In this document: one piece after another, positions 1-8,430 of the stretch
Layout of the letters: every line of letters begins with the position of its first letter
How positions within the stretch are numbered: position 1 is the stretch's first letter
NCBI GenBank assembly: GCA_022843095.1
Contig: JALHOH010000001.1
Coordinates: 1-32,000, forward strand
Direction of reading: 5' to 3'
Origin: Candidatus Saccharimonadota bacterium
GTDB lineage: Bacteria; Patescibacteriota; Patescibacteriia; 2-12-FULL-60-25
DNA length: 32,000 nucleotides
Made by a program: the position numbers and the translations under genes
Notes under the pieces: model-generated
Databases searched by the model: none
What the model was told of the DNA's origin: nothing
What the model saw: the letters and a program-made list of their open reading frames with translations, nothing else

Positions 1-267
1 GAGCTGTTGCGCGAACACCTGCGCCTCGCGGGGATCACGAGGAGCGATCTCTTCGCGAGCGACGCGACGCGCAAGCCGATGACCTTCTACGACCTGCGCG
101 CGACGGGCATCACGTGGCGCGCGATTCGCGGGGACGAACCGCTGCGTATCCAACGGGCTGCGGGACACACGGGGTTCGACACGACGCAGGGTTACATCCG
201 TGAGGCAGAGAGCGTGCGAGATGGGTTTGGTGAGGTGTTTCCCACGGTTGTTCTTACACGATCGTGA
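1..267 (+). CDS. Tyrosine recombinase (phage-integrase family), C-terminal fragment; 5' end lies outside the window
   Basis: The frame is open from nt 1 to the stop at 265-267. The translation ...FYDLRATGITWRAIRGDEPLRIQRAAGHTGFDTTQGYI... carries the C-terminal box pattern (xDLRxT ... GH ... Y nucleophile) of tyrosine recombinases. Confidence 0.8.
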   Translation, partial: ELLREHLRLAGITRSDLFASDATRKPMTFYDLRATGITWRAIRGDEPLRIQRAAGHTGFDTTQGYIREAESVRDGFGEVFPTVVLTRS

Positions 268-304
268 CTGGCGCCGGCATCGACGCGATGTCACGCTAGG
301 CGCC

Positions 305-520
305 ATGCTTCACGAACTCGCTCGAAGGCTGCCCGAGTGGAACGGTTCGCCGACCGATATTCAAGGCGGCCCAGTTGCTCGTGGTTGGGAGATGATCCTG
401 CGCGTCGCGAACGAAGAGATTCGGGTCGTCGCTCCGTCCGAAGCGTTGGCGATCGCCGAGCTACGTCGCGATCTGCGACAACGCGCAGACACGGCTCGTG
501 TGCGTGCTCGCTACGGCTGA
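305..520 (+). CDS. Hypothetical small protein (71 aa)
   Basis: ATG at 305 inside ORF 200..520. Composition is protein-like (MLHELARRLPEWNG...EALAIAELRRDLRQ). No recognisable motif. It overlaps the 3' end of the convergent ORF 511..864 by 10 nt. Confidence 0.3.
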   Translation: MLHELARRLPEWNGSPTDIQGGPVARGWEMILRVANEEIRVVAPSEALAIAELRRDLRQRADTARVRARYG

Positions 521-864
521 AGCCACTCGGCGAGCTCTTTCGCGACTTCGCCCGCGAAGTTGAGCGCATCGAGACCCCACCACTGTCCCGTTTGCGGCTC
601 GGTTGGATGCCACCGGGCGACAAGGGTCCGCGTGAATTCGTTCCACGTGATCGACACCTCTGTCGCAGACACGCGCACGGCGGAAGGTGGTGGATCTGCG
701 CTGCTCCACAAGCCGCTCGGCGCGCTGAACAACTTGTTCAGCTCCGTCGCGACCAACTCGGCTGCGGCGGCTGCGTCGTGCTCAAGCTGGTTGTGTCCGC
801 CCATGAGCACGCGTTCGAAAGCGGTGGTCAACGCAATCATCATCGCCCTCGACGGTGGGGTCAT
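511..864 (-). CDS. Hypothetical protein (117 aa)
   Basis: ORF with GC-rich third codon positions in the stretch I checked by hand and non-junk composition (…AFERVLMGGHNQLEHDAAAAAELVATELNKLF…). No motif recognised. The ACGTTAACGT palindrome lies 7 nt upstream of its start. Confidence 0.4.
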   Translation of the reverse strand: MTPPSRAMMIALTTAFERVLMGGHNQLEHDAAAAAELVATELNKLFSAPSGLWSSADPPPSAVRVSATEVSITWNEFTRTLVARWHPTEPQTGQWWGLDALNFAGEVAKELAEWLQP

Positions 865-868
865 GCGG

Positions 869-1130
869 TGACGTTAACGTGTCGCATGACCATGCAGTCA
901 ATCGCGAACTGCTTCGAGTTACGTCACGGGTTACGTCACGGACCCAAAGGAAAGGCCCCGGAACCTTGCGATTCCGGGGCCTTATGAGTGCGAGGAGGGG
1001 GACTTGAATGCCAAGGGGGCAACACGAGCGTACACGAAGTGGCGGAAAAGATGCGGAATCGCGTCACGGGGTTACGTCACGACGTGCCACGGAGAGGCGT
1101 TTCGTCACGGGTTACGTCACGGGCGTGACG
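869..1130. repeat. Cluster of GTTACGTCACGG direct repeats arranged as three tandem pairs, plus inverted partial copies
   Basis: Perfect tandem pair at 918-929 and 930-941. A second pair (gCGTCACGG g GTTACGTCACGa) lies at about 1061-1082. A third pair (GTTtCGTCACGG GTTACGTCACGG) lies at 1099-1122 and runs into the inverted repeat CGTCACG-gg-CGTGACG (1115-1130). The 10-bp palindrome ACGTTAACGT at 871-880 contains an inverted near-copy of the repeat core. Confidence 0.85.
952..983 (-). terminator. Rho-independent terminator-like hairpin
   Basis: Perfect 12-bp stem AAGGCCCCGGAA / TTCCGGGGCCTT with an 8-nt loop. On the minus strand it is followed by TTTCCTTTGGG. It could end transcripts coming from the 1315..5090 operon. 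Confidence 0.5.
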
Positions 1131-1314
1131 GAACTGAGTGAGGCTCGGTCGACGGCGAATGACCGCGACCCGACGAAGACATGCCCTGAGAGAAGCGATC
1201 GCGGCGACCGGTTGAGTGAGGCAGTCCTGCCGCACCACTTGGGACCGCCGAACAGGTAGGCTCCGCTCGTCCGGCGGACGCCATCGAAACTGAAACCTTG
1301 TGGCCGACCCGTTG

Positions 1315-1794
1315 TCACTGGAGTAGCTCGTCCGGGTTCCTTCGAGCGAGCAAGAAATCACATACTGAACACGGTAGGTGCCGGACCATCTCCGTGGGAA
1401 CGACCGCCAGAATGGTTGGCTCGGAGCCATCGGATTGCCGCTCCCAACTCCACGTGAGCAGAGCTGCGGCACCTTCCTTGTCGGAGCGAAGTATCGAGAC
1501 GTAGGTTGCGCGCTCTGGAATGGCGACACGGCGTCGAACCGCATCTCGAACAGCAGGCCAAATCAGGGTCTCCGCAGCAGCACAGTCAGCTTGCCAAGCT
1601 GGACACTCCTCAACGCTCTCGTCCTCGTTTCCGTCGTCATCGACAACGGGTTCCATGGCGACCAGCATTTGCTCGTCCCGCGCTTGTTCTGGATCGGTGA
1701 CGTAAAGCCAGCGAATCGTGACCAAGCCGAGGTCGGGGTGAGTGACCGTGCACTTGTTGAGGATGTAGTCGTTGTCCTGTTTTCCACCCATCAT
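1315..1794 (-). CDS. Hypothetical acidic protein (159 aa), last gene of the GHKL/MTase operon
   Basis: ATG at 1794 is preceded by GGAAGGAG about 6 nt upstream (reverse complement of 1798-1808). Contains an acidic tract, VVDDDGNEDESVEE. No family recognised. It does not resemble Vsr. Confidence 0.55.
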   Translation of the reverse strand: MMGGKQDNDYILNKCTVTHPDLGLVTIRWLYVTDPEQARDEQMLVAMEPVVDDDGNEDESVEECPAWQADCAAAETLIWPAVRDAVRRRVAIPERATYVSILRSDKEGAAALLTWSWERQSDGSEPTILAVVPTEMVRHLPCSVCDFLLARRNPDELLQ

Positions 1795-1881
1795 AAGCAC
1801 TCCTTCCTCATCGACCGAACTTCCCGCCGATCTCATCATCAATGCCACATGCTCCGCGGTAATACACCGCACGAACCAGCA

Positions 1882-2955
1882 TCATGAATTCGCAACATGC
1901 TGCTGCAGAAGGCTTGTTGCAAGGTGCTCCGCGAAGTCGCACGGGAGAGCGTTGCCGATCATCGTACAAGCAAACTCCATGTAATTCGTCACGAATTGAT
2001 AGTCGACTGGAAACGTCTGAATCAACGCAGCTTCGCGAACCGAGATCGTTCGTAGCTGATCGGGATGACCGAAGCGCCCCTTGCTCGGAGTGGTGCACCC
2101 TCCAGTGATGGTCGGTGCCGGCTCATCCCATGTCATACGGCCGTACACATTCTGAAATCCAGACGACAAATCCTGATGACATTCAGGGCGGCTCCGCTTG
2201 GGGATTTTAGACCAGCGACCTCCCGGTTTCGCGTGGCGCAATCTGGTCTTGTTTGCGCTGGAGATGTCTCGAACAACGTGCCAGTCGGTATTCGATGGCC
2301 CTCCTGCTGCGAGAGCAGCTGACAGCGTGTTCGGCGTACCCAATGTCGACATTTGGCCGCTCAAATCTCGTAGACTTCTCCACTTAGGCAGCCCATTCTT
2401 GCCGCCGCGCGAATGAGTCGGGGCCGGAAGTGACGGCTGAAATTTTCGACTTGCGAACAACACGAGCCGACGCCGTCGCTGCGGCACTCCGTAGTCGGCG
2501 ACCTGAAGCACGCCCCACGCTAGGCGGTAACTCATTGCGCGAAGGCTTCGGAGAAGCTTGTTGAAATGCGCTTCGCCCTTCATGGCCAAGCCAGGCACAT
2601 TCTCCATCATGACAAGATCTGGCCGCAACTCACGCGTAAGTCGGGCAATTTCAAAGACGAGTTCGTTGCGTGGATCTGGTGCTGACGAACTGCGAGTCAG
2701 ACTTGAAAACCCCTGGCAAGGCGGGCATCCAGCAATCATATCGAGTCGATCGATTCCGATCTTTCGCAGAATGGCGTCACCGCTGAGATTTCGAATATCT
2801 TGTTCGAATACGTGAACGTCCGAATGATTAGCTCTGTACGAGGCGGCGGCGTGCTTCTCGAGCTCGATGGCTGCGCGCACCGCAATGCCAGCACGTTTGA
2901 GTCCGACTGTCAGTCCTCCGCAGCCCGCGAAAACATCGATAGCGTGAAGCTTCAT
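1882..2955 (-). CDS. DNA (cytosine-5)-methyltransferase
   Basis: All canonical C5-MTase motifs are present: DVFAGCGGL (I), GCPPCQGFS (IV), MENVPGL (VI), QRRRRL (VIII), GNALP (X). Confidence 0.95.
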   Translation of the reverse strand: MKLHAIDVFAGCGGLTVGLKRAGIAVRAAIELEKHAAASYRANHSDVHVFEQDIRNLSGDAILRKIGIDRLDMIAGCPPCQGFSSLTRSSSAPDPRNELVFEIARLTRELRPDLVMMENVPGLAMKGEAHFNKLLRSLRAMSYRLAWGVLQVADYGVPQRRRRLVLFASRKFQPSLPAPTHSRGGKNGLPKWRSLRDLSGQMSTLGTPNTLSAALAAGGPSNTDWHVVRDISSANKTRLRHAKPGGRWSKIPKRSRPECHQDLSSGFQNVYGRMTWDEPAPTITGGCTTPSKGRFGHPDQLRTISVREAALIQTFPVDYQFVTNYMEFACTMIGNALPCDFAEHLATSLLQQHVANS

Positions 2956-5090
2956 CGTTCCTTCACCGCCAATTTTCGCTGACGTTCGGCCTCCTTCAGG
3001 AACGCCTCGTGAGTCTGTCGAGTTCGACGCAAAAATGCAGTCCAGCCAATGTGCTCAAGCTCTTCATCGTTGACGAACTTATCGAACGCTTTCTTCGCAA
3101 CACTTTTCAGAGCGATGCCATCACAAACGAGAGTGATATGGAATCCCCCCTGAAACAGCCTCATGAAGTCCTCGTTCTTTCTGTCGTGCAGAAATTTTGC
3201 GAGGACATCGTAGTAGGTGTTGATTCGCTCAAACTCTTCATCGGTCAATTTGTGGTGCGGGCGCTTTATCTCGATGATCTCAATGCGACCGTCCACAGAG
3301 GTCATAACGAAGTCTGGCCGCTTCTTCGTGATTGACGGATCAAAGTCAGCCAGCTCGGTCGTTCGATCCGTTTCTGCCTTGTATAGCTTCAAGAATTCTG
3401 TGCGCAGAACATTGAACGACTCGTTCGCGGTAACAGGCGACCAGTGCGGATTGATTAGCCACGGAGCATCTTCGAGCAGCTTCTGTAGGGCATCCTCTGC
3501 GGTGTCTGCGCCGTCCTTTAGTACTTCAAGTCGCCGAATGACTTCTACCCGGTCATGTGCGATGGAACCAAAAGCCGAAAGTTCTGCAATCCGCGCGGTT
3601 CTCAACAGGCTAGACAGCATTTCAAGCGGGGAGTCGCTATCGCTGGCGGCCTCGCGCATCTTGGCGGTAAGTTCAAGATGAGGAGCGAAGTTCAGGGTCA
3701 ATTGTACCAGGGAATCTATCGTCGCTTTGTCGTCGAGTTCGTCCTCGCGCAGCGTTTTTCCGAGAAGTTGAGCTAGTTCGTCAGCGCGTTTGCGGATCGG
3801 TTCATGCGCATCACCCGGGAACATCTTGCTAATCTTGTTGTCAATGTCCGATTTTTCTCGAAACCGCTCCCAGATCTTCTTCTTCATCGGTTCCCGCGAC
3901 AAAGTTCCCACATTGACAACGAGTTCCTGCCCCCACTGTTGAAATGCCTGACATAGATCGTCCGACCAGAGGATATCTCGACGATCGGTTTGGATGAGAT
4001 CCTCTTCCTCGTCCAGCCAGTCTGCCTCTAGTTGACCAACGAGGTAGGAGCGGATGTTGAACTCGCCGGTAAATCCCGAGCGGCGATTGAAGAGCGCTGT
4101 CTGAGCGGCGATCTTACCTCGGCAGTAGATTCGGATTCCTGCCATCAGTTCGTCGCGGTAGGGTTCTTTGGAGTATGCAACCCATCCTACGACCGGATAG
4201 AATCTGCCTTCGAACTCAAAACCAGCCTGAAGCGGCTTTCCATCTGATGTACGCGTCAGCACCTTATCGTCGGGCGTGATGACCGCGTACGACGACGCTT
4301 CCGTTGGAGGAAAGTCTCTCTTCAGCTCGAGACGGATCTCTGTGCCAGGACTCTTCGGGATCTCGAACTTGCCCACAATTCGCGGTTCGGACGAACCGGA
4401 AGATGTGTCCACGATGTTGATCTGCCAGTTGGGGGTCGGAATGCCGAAGCGCTGCGCGAGCTGTCGTTCGAGCTCTTCGACCGCCGGGACCATGCGCTTC
4501 GAAAATTTTGACAGTACGAGTTTCGTGCCCGGTTTCGCATCATACTCGCCGTCGCGTGAACCAATTTCTGGATGGTAGGCCTGCTCGGAATCGGTAAGAA
4601 TCTGCGATCGATCAAGAATGAGATGAGAGACAATATATCCCAACTCCTTCCCTTCGACCGTAGTACGCAGATCTCCTCCTGCTGTCTCAAGTTCGATTCG
4701 CTCGCAGATGCCAAATGGGGCGAGTTTTCCTACCCCTTTCCGACCCATCACTTTCCGCTTAAGGGACCTCGTCCGATCGCCTCGTGCAGAATCCTTGCGT
4801 CGTTCTCCTCCTACCTTCAGGTAAAATGCGTTCACTTCTTCGGGCGTCATTCCATGACCGTTGTCGGCGACGACGATCTCCAGCCCTTTGTCTTCAAGCG
4901 CGCCGCCACGTTTGGTGGCGAGCGTTGTGCCCAATGGGGCACGAATGTTGACGCTGGTCGCATCTGCGTCGTATGCGTTGGCGATAAGCTCGGCAATCAC
5001 GGCGCTGACTTTGTCGTATAGTTTGACGCCAAGCTTGTCGACAGTGAGCCGCGAGATCGTCATCGAGTACTTGGCTGCGTCAGATTTCAT
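2952..5090 (-). CDS. GHKL (Bergerat-fold, MutL/MORC-like HATPase_c_3-type) ATPase fused to a C-terminal PD-(D/E)xK nuclease-like domain (712 aa)
   Basis: N-terminus: ELIANAYDAD (N box), VADNGHGM (G1), GRKGVGKLAPFG (G2). C-terminus: RPDFVMTSVDGRIEIIEIKRP, i.e. D593...E607-I-K609 (nt 3312-3314 and 3264-3272). GGAG lies 8-11 nt upstream of the ATG. The stop overlaps the MTase start (ATGA at 2952-2955). Confidence 0.85.
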   Translation of the reverse strand: MKSDAAKYSMTISRLTVDKLGVKLYDKVSAVIAELIANAYDADATSVNIRAPLGTTLATKRGGALEDKGLEIVVADNGHGMTPEEVNAFYLKVGGERRKDSARGDRTRSLKRKVMGRKGVGKLAPFGICERIELETAGGDLRTTVEGKELGYIVSHLILDRSQILTDSEQAYHPEIGSRDGEYDAKPGTKLVLSKFSKRMVPAVEELERQLAQRFGIPTPNWQINIVDTSSGSSEPRIVGKFEIPKSPGTEIRLELKRDFPPTEASSYAVITPDDKVLTRTSDGKPLQAGFEFEGRFYPVVGWVAYSKEPYRDELMAGIRIYCRGKIAAQTALFNRRSGFTGEFNIRSYLVGQLEADWLDEEEDLIQTDRRDILWSDDLCQAFQQWGQELVVNVGTLSREPMKKKIWERFREKSDIDNKISKMFPGDAHEPIRKRADELAQLLGKTLREDELDDKATIDSLVQLTLNFAPHLELTAKMREAASDSDSPLEMLSSLLRTARIAELSAFGSIAHDRVEVIRRLEVLKDGADTAEDALQKLLEDAPWLINPHWSPVTANESFNVLRTEFLKLYKAETDRTTELADFDPSITKKRPDFVMTSVDGRIEIIEIKRPHHKLTDEEFERINTYYDVLAKFLHDRKNEDFMRLFQGGFHITLVCDGIALKSVAKKAFDKFVNDEELEHIGWTAFLRRTRQTHEAFLKEAERQRKLAVKER

Positions 5091-5168
5091 TCGAGTTTCT
5101 CCATGCTTACTCGCGAGTTGTCGACGAAGCGGACAGATGACAGAATCGACCGTTGGTGGAAGTGTTTG

Positions 5169-5198
5169 ATTTTACACGCGCGTGTTCGCGCGAGTAAA
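5169..5198 (-). promoter_or_regulatory. Possible sigma-70-type promoter of the GHKL/MTase operon
   Basis: On the minus strand: TTTACT (5193-5198), 18-nt spacer, TAAAAT (5169-5174), about 80 nt upstream of the ATG at 5090 in an AT-richer spacer. Eye match only. Confidence 0.3.
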
Positions 5199-5315
5199 GC
5201 AAATGCAAGCAGATTGCGAGAACAATTTTGCTCTTGCTTCTCGGCATCAAGCGGGATCTCCGAGTCCAAAACACCGGCCCTCACGCGAGGACCGGCAGAG
5301 CCCAACAACACGCCG

Positions 5316-6350
5316 TCACGACACCGCCCGCACCACGATCCCGCTGCCGTCGTTCGCCGCGCTCGCGGGCTCGGTGGCCATGAGGTACTCACCCGCAGAG
5401 CGCTCCAACACGAAGCGCAGCTCGGGGTCGTCGTTCTTCGCGTGCGCGACGTACGTCACGGCCTGGACAACGCCATACCGCGAGTGATCCCCGTCCTTCA
5501 GCGCGACGGTCTGCGCCTCGCGCACGAGCTCGCGCGGGATCGCCGCGTTCTCGAGCATCGCTTCGATGGCCGCGTCGGGGTGAGGCACGAGCGTCGAGCG
5601 AGCTGCCTCCATGAGCGCGAGCGTCTGTCCCCAACGGGAGGGCAGATTCTTCATCGCGACCGCAAGCGCAGCCACGAGCTGATCGGGGTCGATCTTGCGA
5701 TGCGTGCGGTACAGCAGGCGCTTTTCGCCGACAGACACGATGAGCCCGTTCATGCACGCGAGGCGGAGCCACGCGTCGTCGATCGTGAGGGCAGCGCCCG
5801 CGACCTCGCTGTTCCTGAGCGTCCAGCCGGGGAGAAGCGCATCGTCCCCCACCTTGCGCACGTCCACGTGGACCGCGCTGTAGATGGTGGTTGCGTCCGT
5901 GCGATCGACGCGCGTGAAGCGGAACGTATCGAGCGCACGACCGAAGGTCTCAGCCATCGTGTCGAAGATCCGCACATCGTCGATCGGAGAGAAGTTGGGC
6001 CCCAGCATCGCGCGGAGCACGACGCCTGTGGGCGCGCGTTCCTCGCGGATCGTGCGGAGCTTCACTTCGCCGGGCAATCGTGTGAGGCGGCGATTGGTCT
6101 CCTCCGCGCGCTCGGTGCCCGAGACGGCGTCGGAGAACCAGCGTTCCCAGCGGACGCCGAGGAGCGCGGCGAGCTGCCGCTTGGACCACGAGTTCAACGT
6201 GAGCTCGGGCAGGTTCGGGGCGCGGAGCGATCCCTCGGGCGTGAACCGAAGATCCGCGTAGCGGACGAGGGTGTCGGGCAGCGCGCGAGCGGCGCGCTCG
6301 CGCACGGCTTCGTGGACGTCGTGAAAAGACACCGTGTCGTTCAGGTTCAT
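5316..6350 (-). CDS. DUF932-like (phage/plasmid-related, TIGR03299-type) protein (344 aa)
   Basis: Length and layout fit. The central LRLACMNGLIV...LLYRTHRK segment resembles the conserved C-x-N-G ... R-H core of DUF932 proteins common on ICEs and plasmids. AGGAGG lies about 10 nt upstream of the ATG. Confidence 0.65.
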   Translation of the reverse strand: MNLNDTVSFHDVHEAVRERAARALPDTLVRYADLRFTPEGSLRAPNLPELTLNSWSKRQLAALLGVRWERWFSDAVSGTERAEETNRRLTRLPGEVKLRTIREERAPTGVVLRAMLGPNFSPIDDVRIFDTMAETFGRALDTFRFTRVDRTDATTIYSAVHVDVRKVGDDALLPGWTLRNSEVAGAALTIDDAWLRLACMNGLIVSVGEKRLLYRTHRKIDPDQLVAALAVAMKNLPSRWGQTLALMEAARSTLVPHPDAAIEAMLENAAIPRELVREAQTVALKDGDHSRYGVVQAVTYVAHAKNDDPELRFVLERSAGEYLMATEPASAANDGSGIVVRAVS

Positions 6351-6437
6351 CGTCGATCACCTCCTGGGGCCGGGAGAAGAGCAGTCCGCGTGCGTGCGGG
6401 CTCTCGGGTGTCAGCCCCAGAAGAAATCCCCGGAACC

Positions 6438-6473
6438 TCACGAGTGATCCGTGTGGTTCCGGGAGGACGAAGG
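6438..6473 (-). terminator. Hairpin between the Cas4-like and DUF932 genes (possible attenuator or terminator)
   Basis: 9-bp arms CCCGGAACC / GGTTCCGGG with an 18-nt loop. On the minus strand it is followed by GATTTCTTCTGG. It starts 38 nt downstream of the Cas4-like stop. Confidence 0.3.
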
Positions 6474-6510
6474 TGCGCGTAGAGGAGGAGTTCGCGCGTG
6501 GCGCGTAGCA

Positions 6511-7359
6511 TCAGTCCGCGCTCGCGTTGTCGTTCGCAGCGCGACCGTCCCACTGCGCGCAGAGCGCGGCGAACGGGCAGTGCGTGCAGAGCGCGCCGGG
6601 TGTGGGCGGAAACACCTTGGCAGTGATCCCGCGCACGACCTCGTGCGCCGTCGCGACGAAGAACGCGCGGTCGTTGTCGCTCACGCGGACGTTGCGCACG
6701 ATGACCTCTGGAACGCTGGAGGCGACCATCGTGACGAGCGAGACATGCGGACGCACGCCGTGCATGCGCTCGTATGCGAACGCGTAGGCGGCGAGCTGAA
6801 GCAGGTGCTCGCGCGTTCCGAAGGGCTGTCGATGGGCTGTCTTGAACTCGACGATGCGATCGTCGGGACGAACGAGGTCCATCCGCCCTGCGAGATCGAG
6901 GGTGTCTGAGAGCGGCACGCGCACGTCGGGTTCGACGGCGAGTACCGCATCGTCCGCGCAGGCGTCGACGTAGCGGGCGATGAGCTCTGCCCCGCGCTCT
7001 TCATACACCTTGGCGGAGAAGCCCGAGAGGTACCGAAGCCCGTTCTTGGGGCGATCGAACCACTTGCTCCGAAACACATCCGCCGCCTGATCCGCACGCG
7101 GATACCCACCCACGGAACGGTAGTGGTGGACCCATTCGAGGGCCTTGTGCATGACCTGGCCGAACGCGCGTGCGGCGGGCTCGAAGGAAGGAACAATCCC
7201 CTCTTCGTGCTCGAACGCATACTGCCGCGCACACGCGAGGTACTGCTTGATCCGACTGACGGTGATCGCGGGACGCTTCGGCCCCTCGTGGTCGTCGGGA
7301 ACGACCGCGAGCGGCAGGCGCATGCGCGCGACCTCTTGATGATCCGTGCCTGTATTCAT
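6511..7359 (-). CDS. Cas4-like / RecB-family PD-(D/E)xK exonuclease with a 4-Cys (Fe-S) cluster (282 aa)
   Basis: N-terminal Cys (YLACARQY), D...E-x-K (MDLVRPDDRIVEFKT), QxxxY (LLQLAAYAFAY) and C-terminal CTHCPFAALC (C-x2-C-x5-C). I chose the ATG at 7359 because it forms an ATGA overlap with the upstream stop. The longer ORF extension (to 7545) is R-rich junk. Confidence 0.8.
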   Translation of the reverse strand: MNTGTDHQEVARMRLPLAVVPDDHEGPKRPAITVSRIKQYLACARQYAFEHEEGIVPSFEPAARAFGQVMHKALEWVHHYRSVGGYPRADQAADVFRSKWFDRPKNGLRYLSGFSAKVYEERGAELIARYVDACADDAVLAVEPDVRVPLSDTLDLAGRMDLVRPDDRIVEFKTAHRQPFGTREHLLQLAAYAFAYERMHGVRPHVSLVTMVASSVPEVIVRNVRVSDNDRAFFVATAHEVVRGITAKVFPPTPGALCTHCPFAALCAQWDGRAANDNASAD

Positions 7360-8420
7360 GAAACTCCGTCCTCCTCCGTGCACGAAGCGGATGGCGAGCC
7401 ACCGTGGCCCGTGCTTCCGCTTCGCGCGCTTGGAGAACCGAGCGATGCGTGGGCAACGACAACACCGGCTCGTTTGAGCTGTGCGCGAAGCGTGCTCCGC
7501 GCAACCCCGAGCTTCCGTGCTGCCGTCGCGATGCGTCCGCCACATGCCACGAGGACGGCGCGAAGCAATGCGGCGCTCGGCGAACCGACACGCACGCTGC
7601 CCAGGTCTTCTGCGGCGAGCACGGGCGCGATCTCCGCGGCACCGAGGAGGGCGAGGTCGCTTTGGACCGCCGCGCGACGGAGCACGTTCTGCAGCTGCCG
7701 CACGTTGCCCGGCCAGCGCGCCGCGCGAAGCAAGGCCTCTGCGTCCGCGCGGAGCGTGCGAGGCCCGAGCTCCTCATGGTGTGCGGCGAAGAACGCGTCC
7801 GCGAGCTCTGGGATGTCCTCGGGCCTCGCCCGAAGTGCGGGCGTCCGAAGGACGAGCACGCGAAGGCGATACAGCAGATCGCTGCGGAAGCGCTTCTGCG
7901 CGACGCGCTCGGACAGGTTCTCGCGCGAGGCGACGATGAGTCGCACGGACACGCGCTTCATCCCCTCTCCTCCGACGGGACGAAGCTCACCGGTCTCGAG
8001 TACGCGCAAGAGCGACGCTTGTGCAGCAGCACTCGCCTCTGCGATCTCGTCCAGAAACAGCGTGCCGCCGTCTGCTTGCTCGAAGAGCCCGCGGTGCGTG
8101 CGATGGGCGCCGGTGAAAGCGCCTTGCACATGACCGAAGAGCTCGGAGCCAAGGAGCGTGGGCTCGATCGCGGCCACGTTCGCTGCGACGAACGGACGCG
8201 CGCGGCGCAGGCTCTCGGCGTGCAGGGCGCGAGCGACGAGCTCTTTGCCCGTTCCGCTCTCGCCTTCGATCACGACGGGGGCCGTGGACGGCGCGAAGCG
8301 CTCGATGTCCGCGCGGAGCGATTGCATGAGCGCGCTCTCGCCCACCAAGGCGCGCAGGGCGCGGTTGGCAGGGCGGATGCGTTCCAGGTGAATGACGTTG
8401 GTGGGAGGGGGATCGTCCAT
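7356..8420 (-). CDS. Sigma-54-dependent transcriptional activator (bEBP), AAA+ plus Fis-type HTH, with no N-terminal sensor domain (PspF-like)
   Basis: GESGTGKE (Walker A), GAFTGA, LFLDEI (Walker B), RWPGNVRQL, and a C-terminal IATAARKLGVARSTLRAQLKRAG HTH. The ATG at 8420 is preceded by AGGAGGAG. Only about 25 residues precede the AAA+ core. Confidence 0.9.
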   Translation of the reverse strand: MDDPPPTNVIHLERIRPANRALRALVGESALMQSLRADIERFAPSTAPVVIEGESGTGKELVARALHAESLRRARPFVAANVAAIEPTLLGSELFGHVQGAFTGAHRTHRGLFEQADGGTLFLDEIAEASAAAQASLLRVLETGELRPVGGEGMKRVSVRLIVASRENLSERVAQKRFRSDLLYRLRVLVLRTPALRARPEDIPELADAFFAAHHEELGPRTLRADAEALLRAARWPGNVRQLQNVLRRAAVQSDLALLGAAEIAPVLAAEDLGSVRVGSPSAALLRAVLVACGGRIATAARKLGVARSTLRAQLKRAGVVVAHASLGSPSARSGSTGHGGSPSASCTEEDGVS

Positions 8421-8430
8421 GGGCGTCTCC

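Noticed and set aside
986-1020. tRNA-3'-end-like string GGGGGACTTGAATGCC, considered as a possible att remnant
   Set aside because: No complementary T-stem or acceptor stem can be drawn. There is also no meaningful similarity to the tRNA-Tyr or tRNA-Thr 3' ends in this window.
1008-1259. 83-aa ORF across the GTTACGTCACGG repeats
   Set aside because: Its sequence is dictated by the DNA repeats (…HGVTSRRATERRFVTGYVTGVT…). It is R-rich and has no SD, so it is more likely non-coding binding-site DNA.
1315-1794. Vsr (very-short-patch repair endonuclease) next to the C5-MTase
   Set aside because: The position suggested Vsr, but the sequence lacks the Vsr motifs and is strongly acidic, so I kept it as hypothetical.
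5103-6482. 459-aa plus-strand ORF
   Set aside because: It is antisense to the DUF932-like gene. Its R/A/G/P-rich composition is typical of out-of-frame or antisense translation in ~70% GC DNA, and it has no motif.
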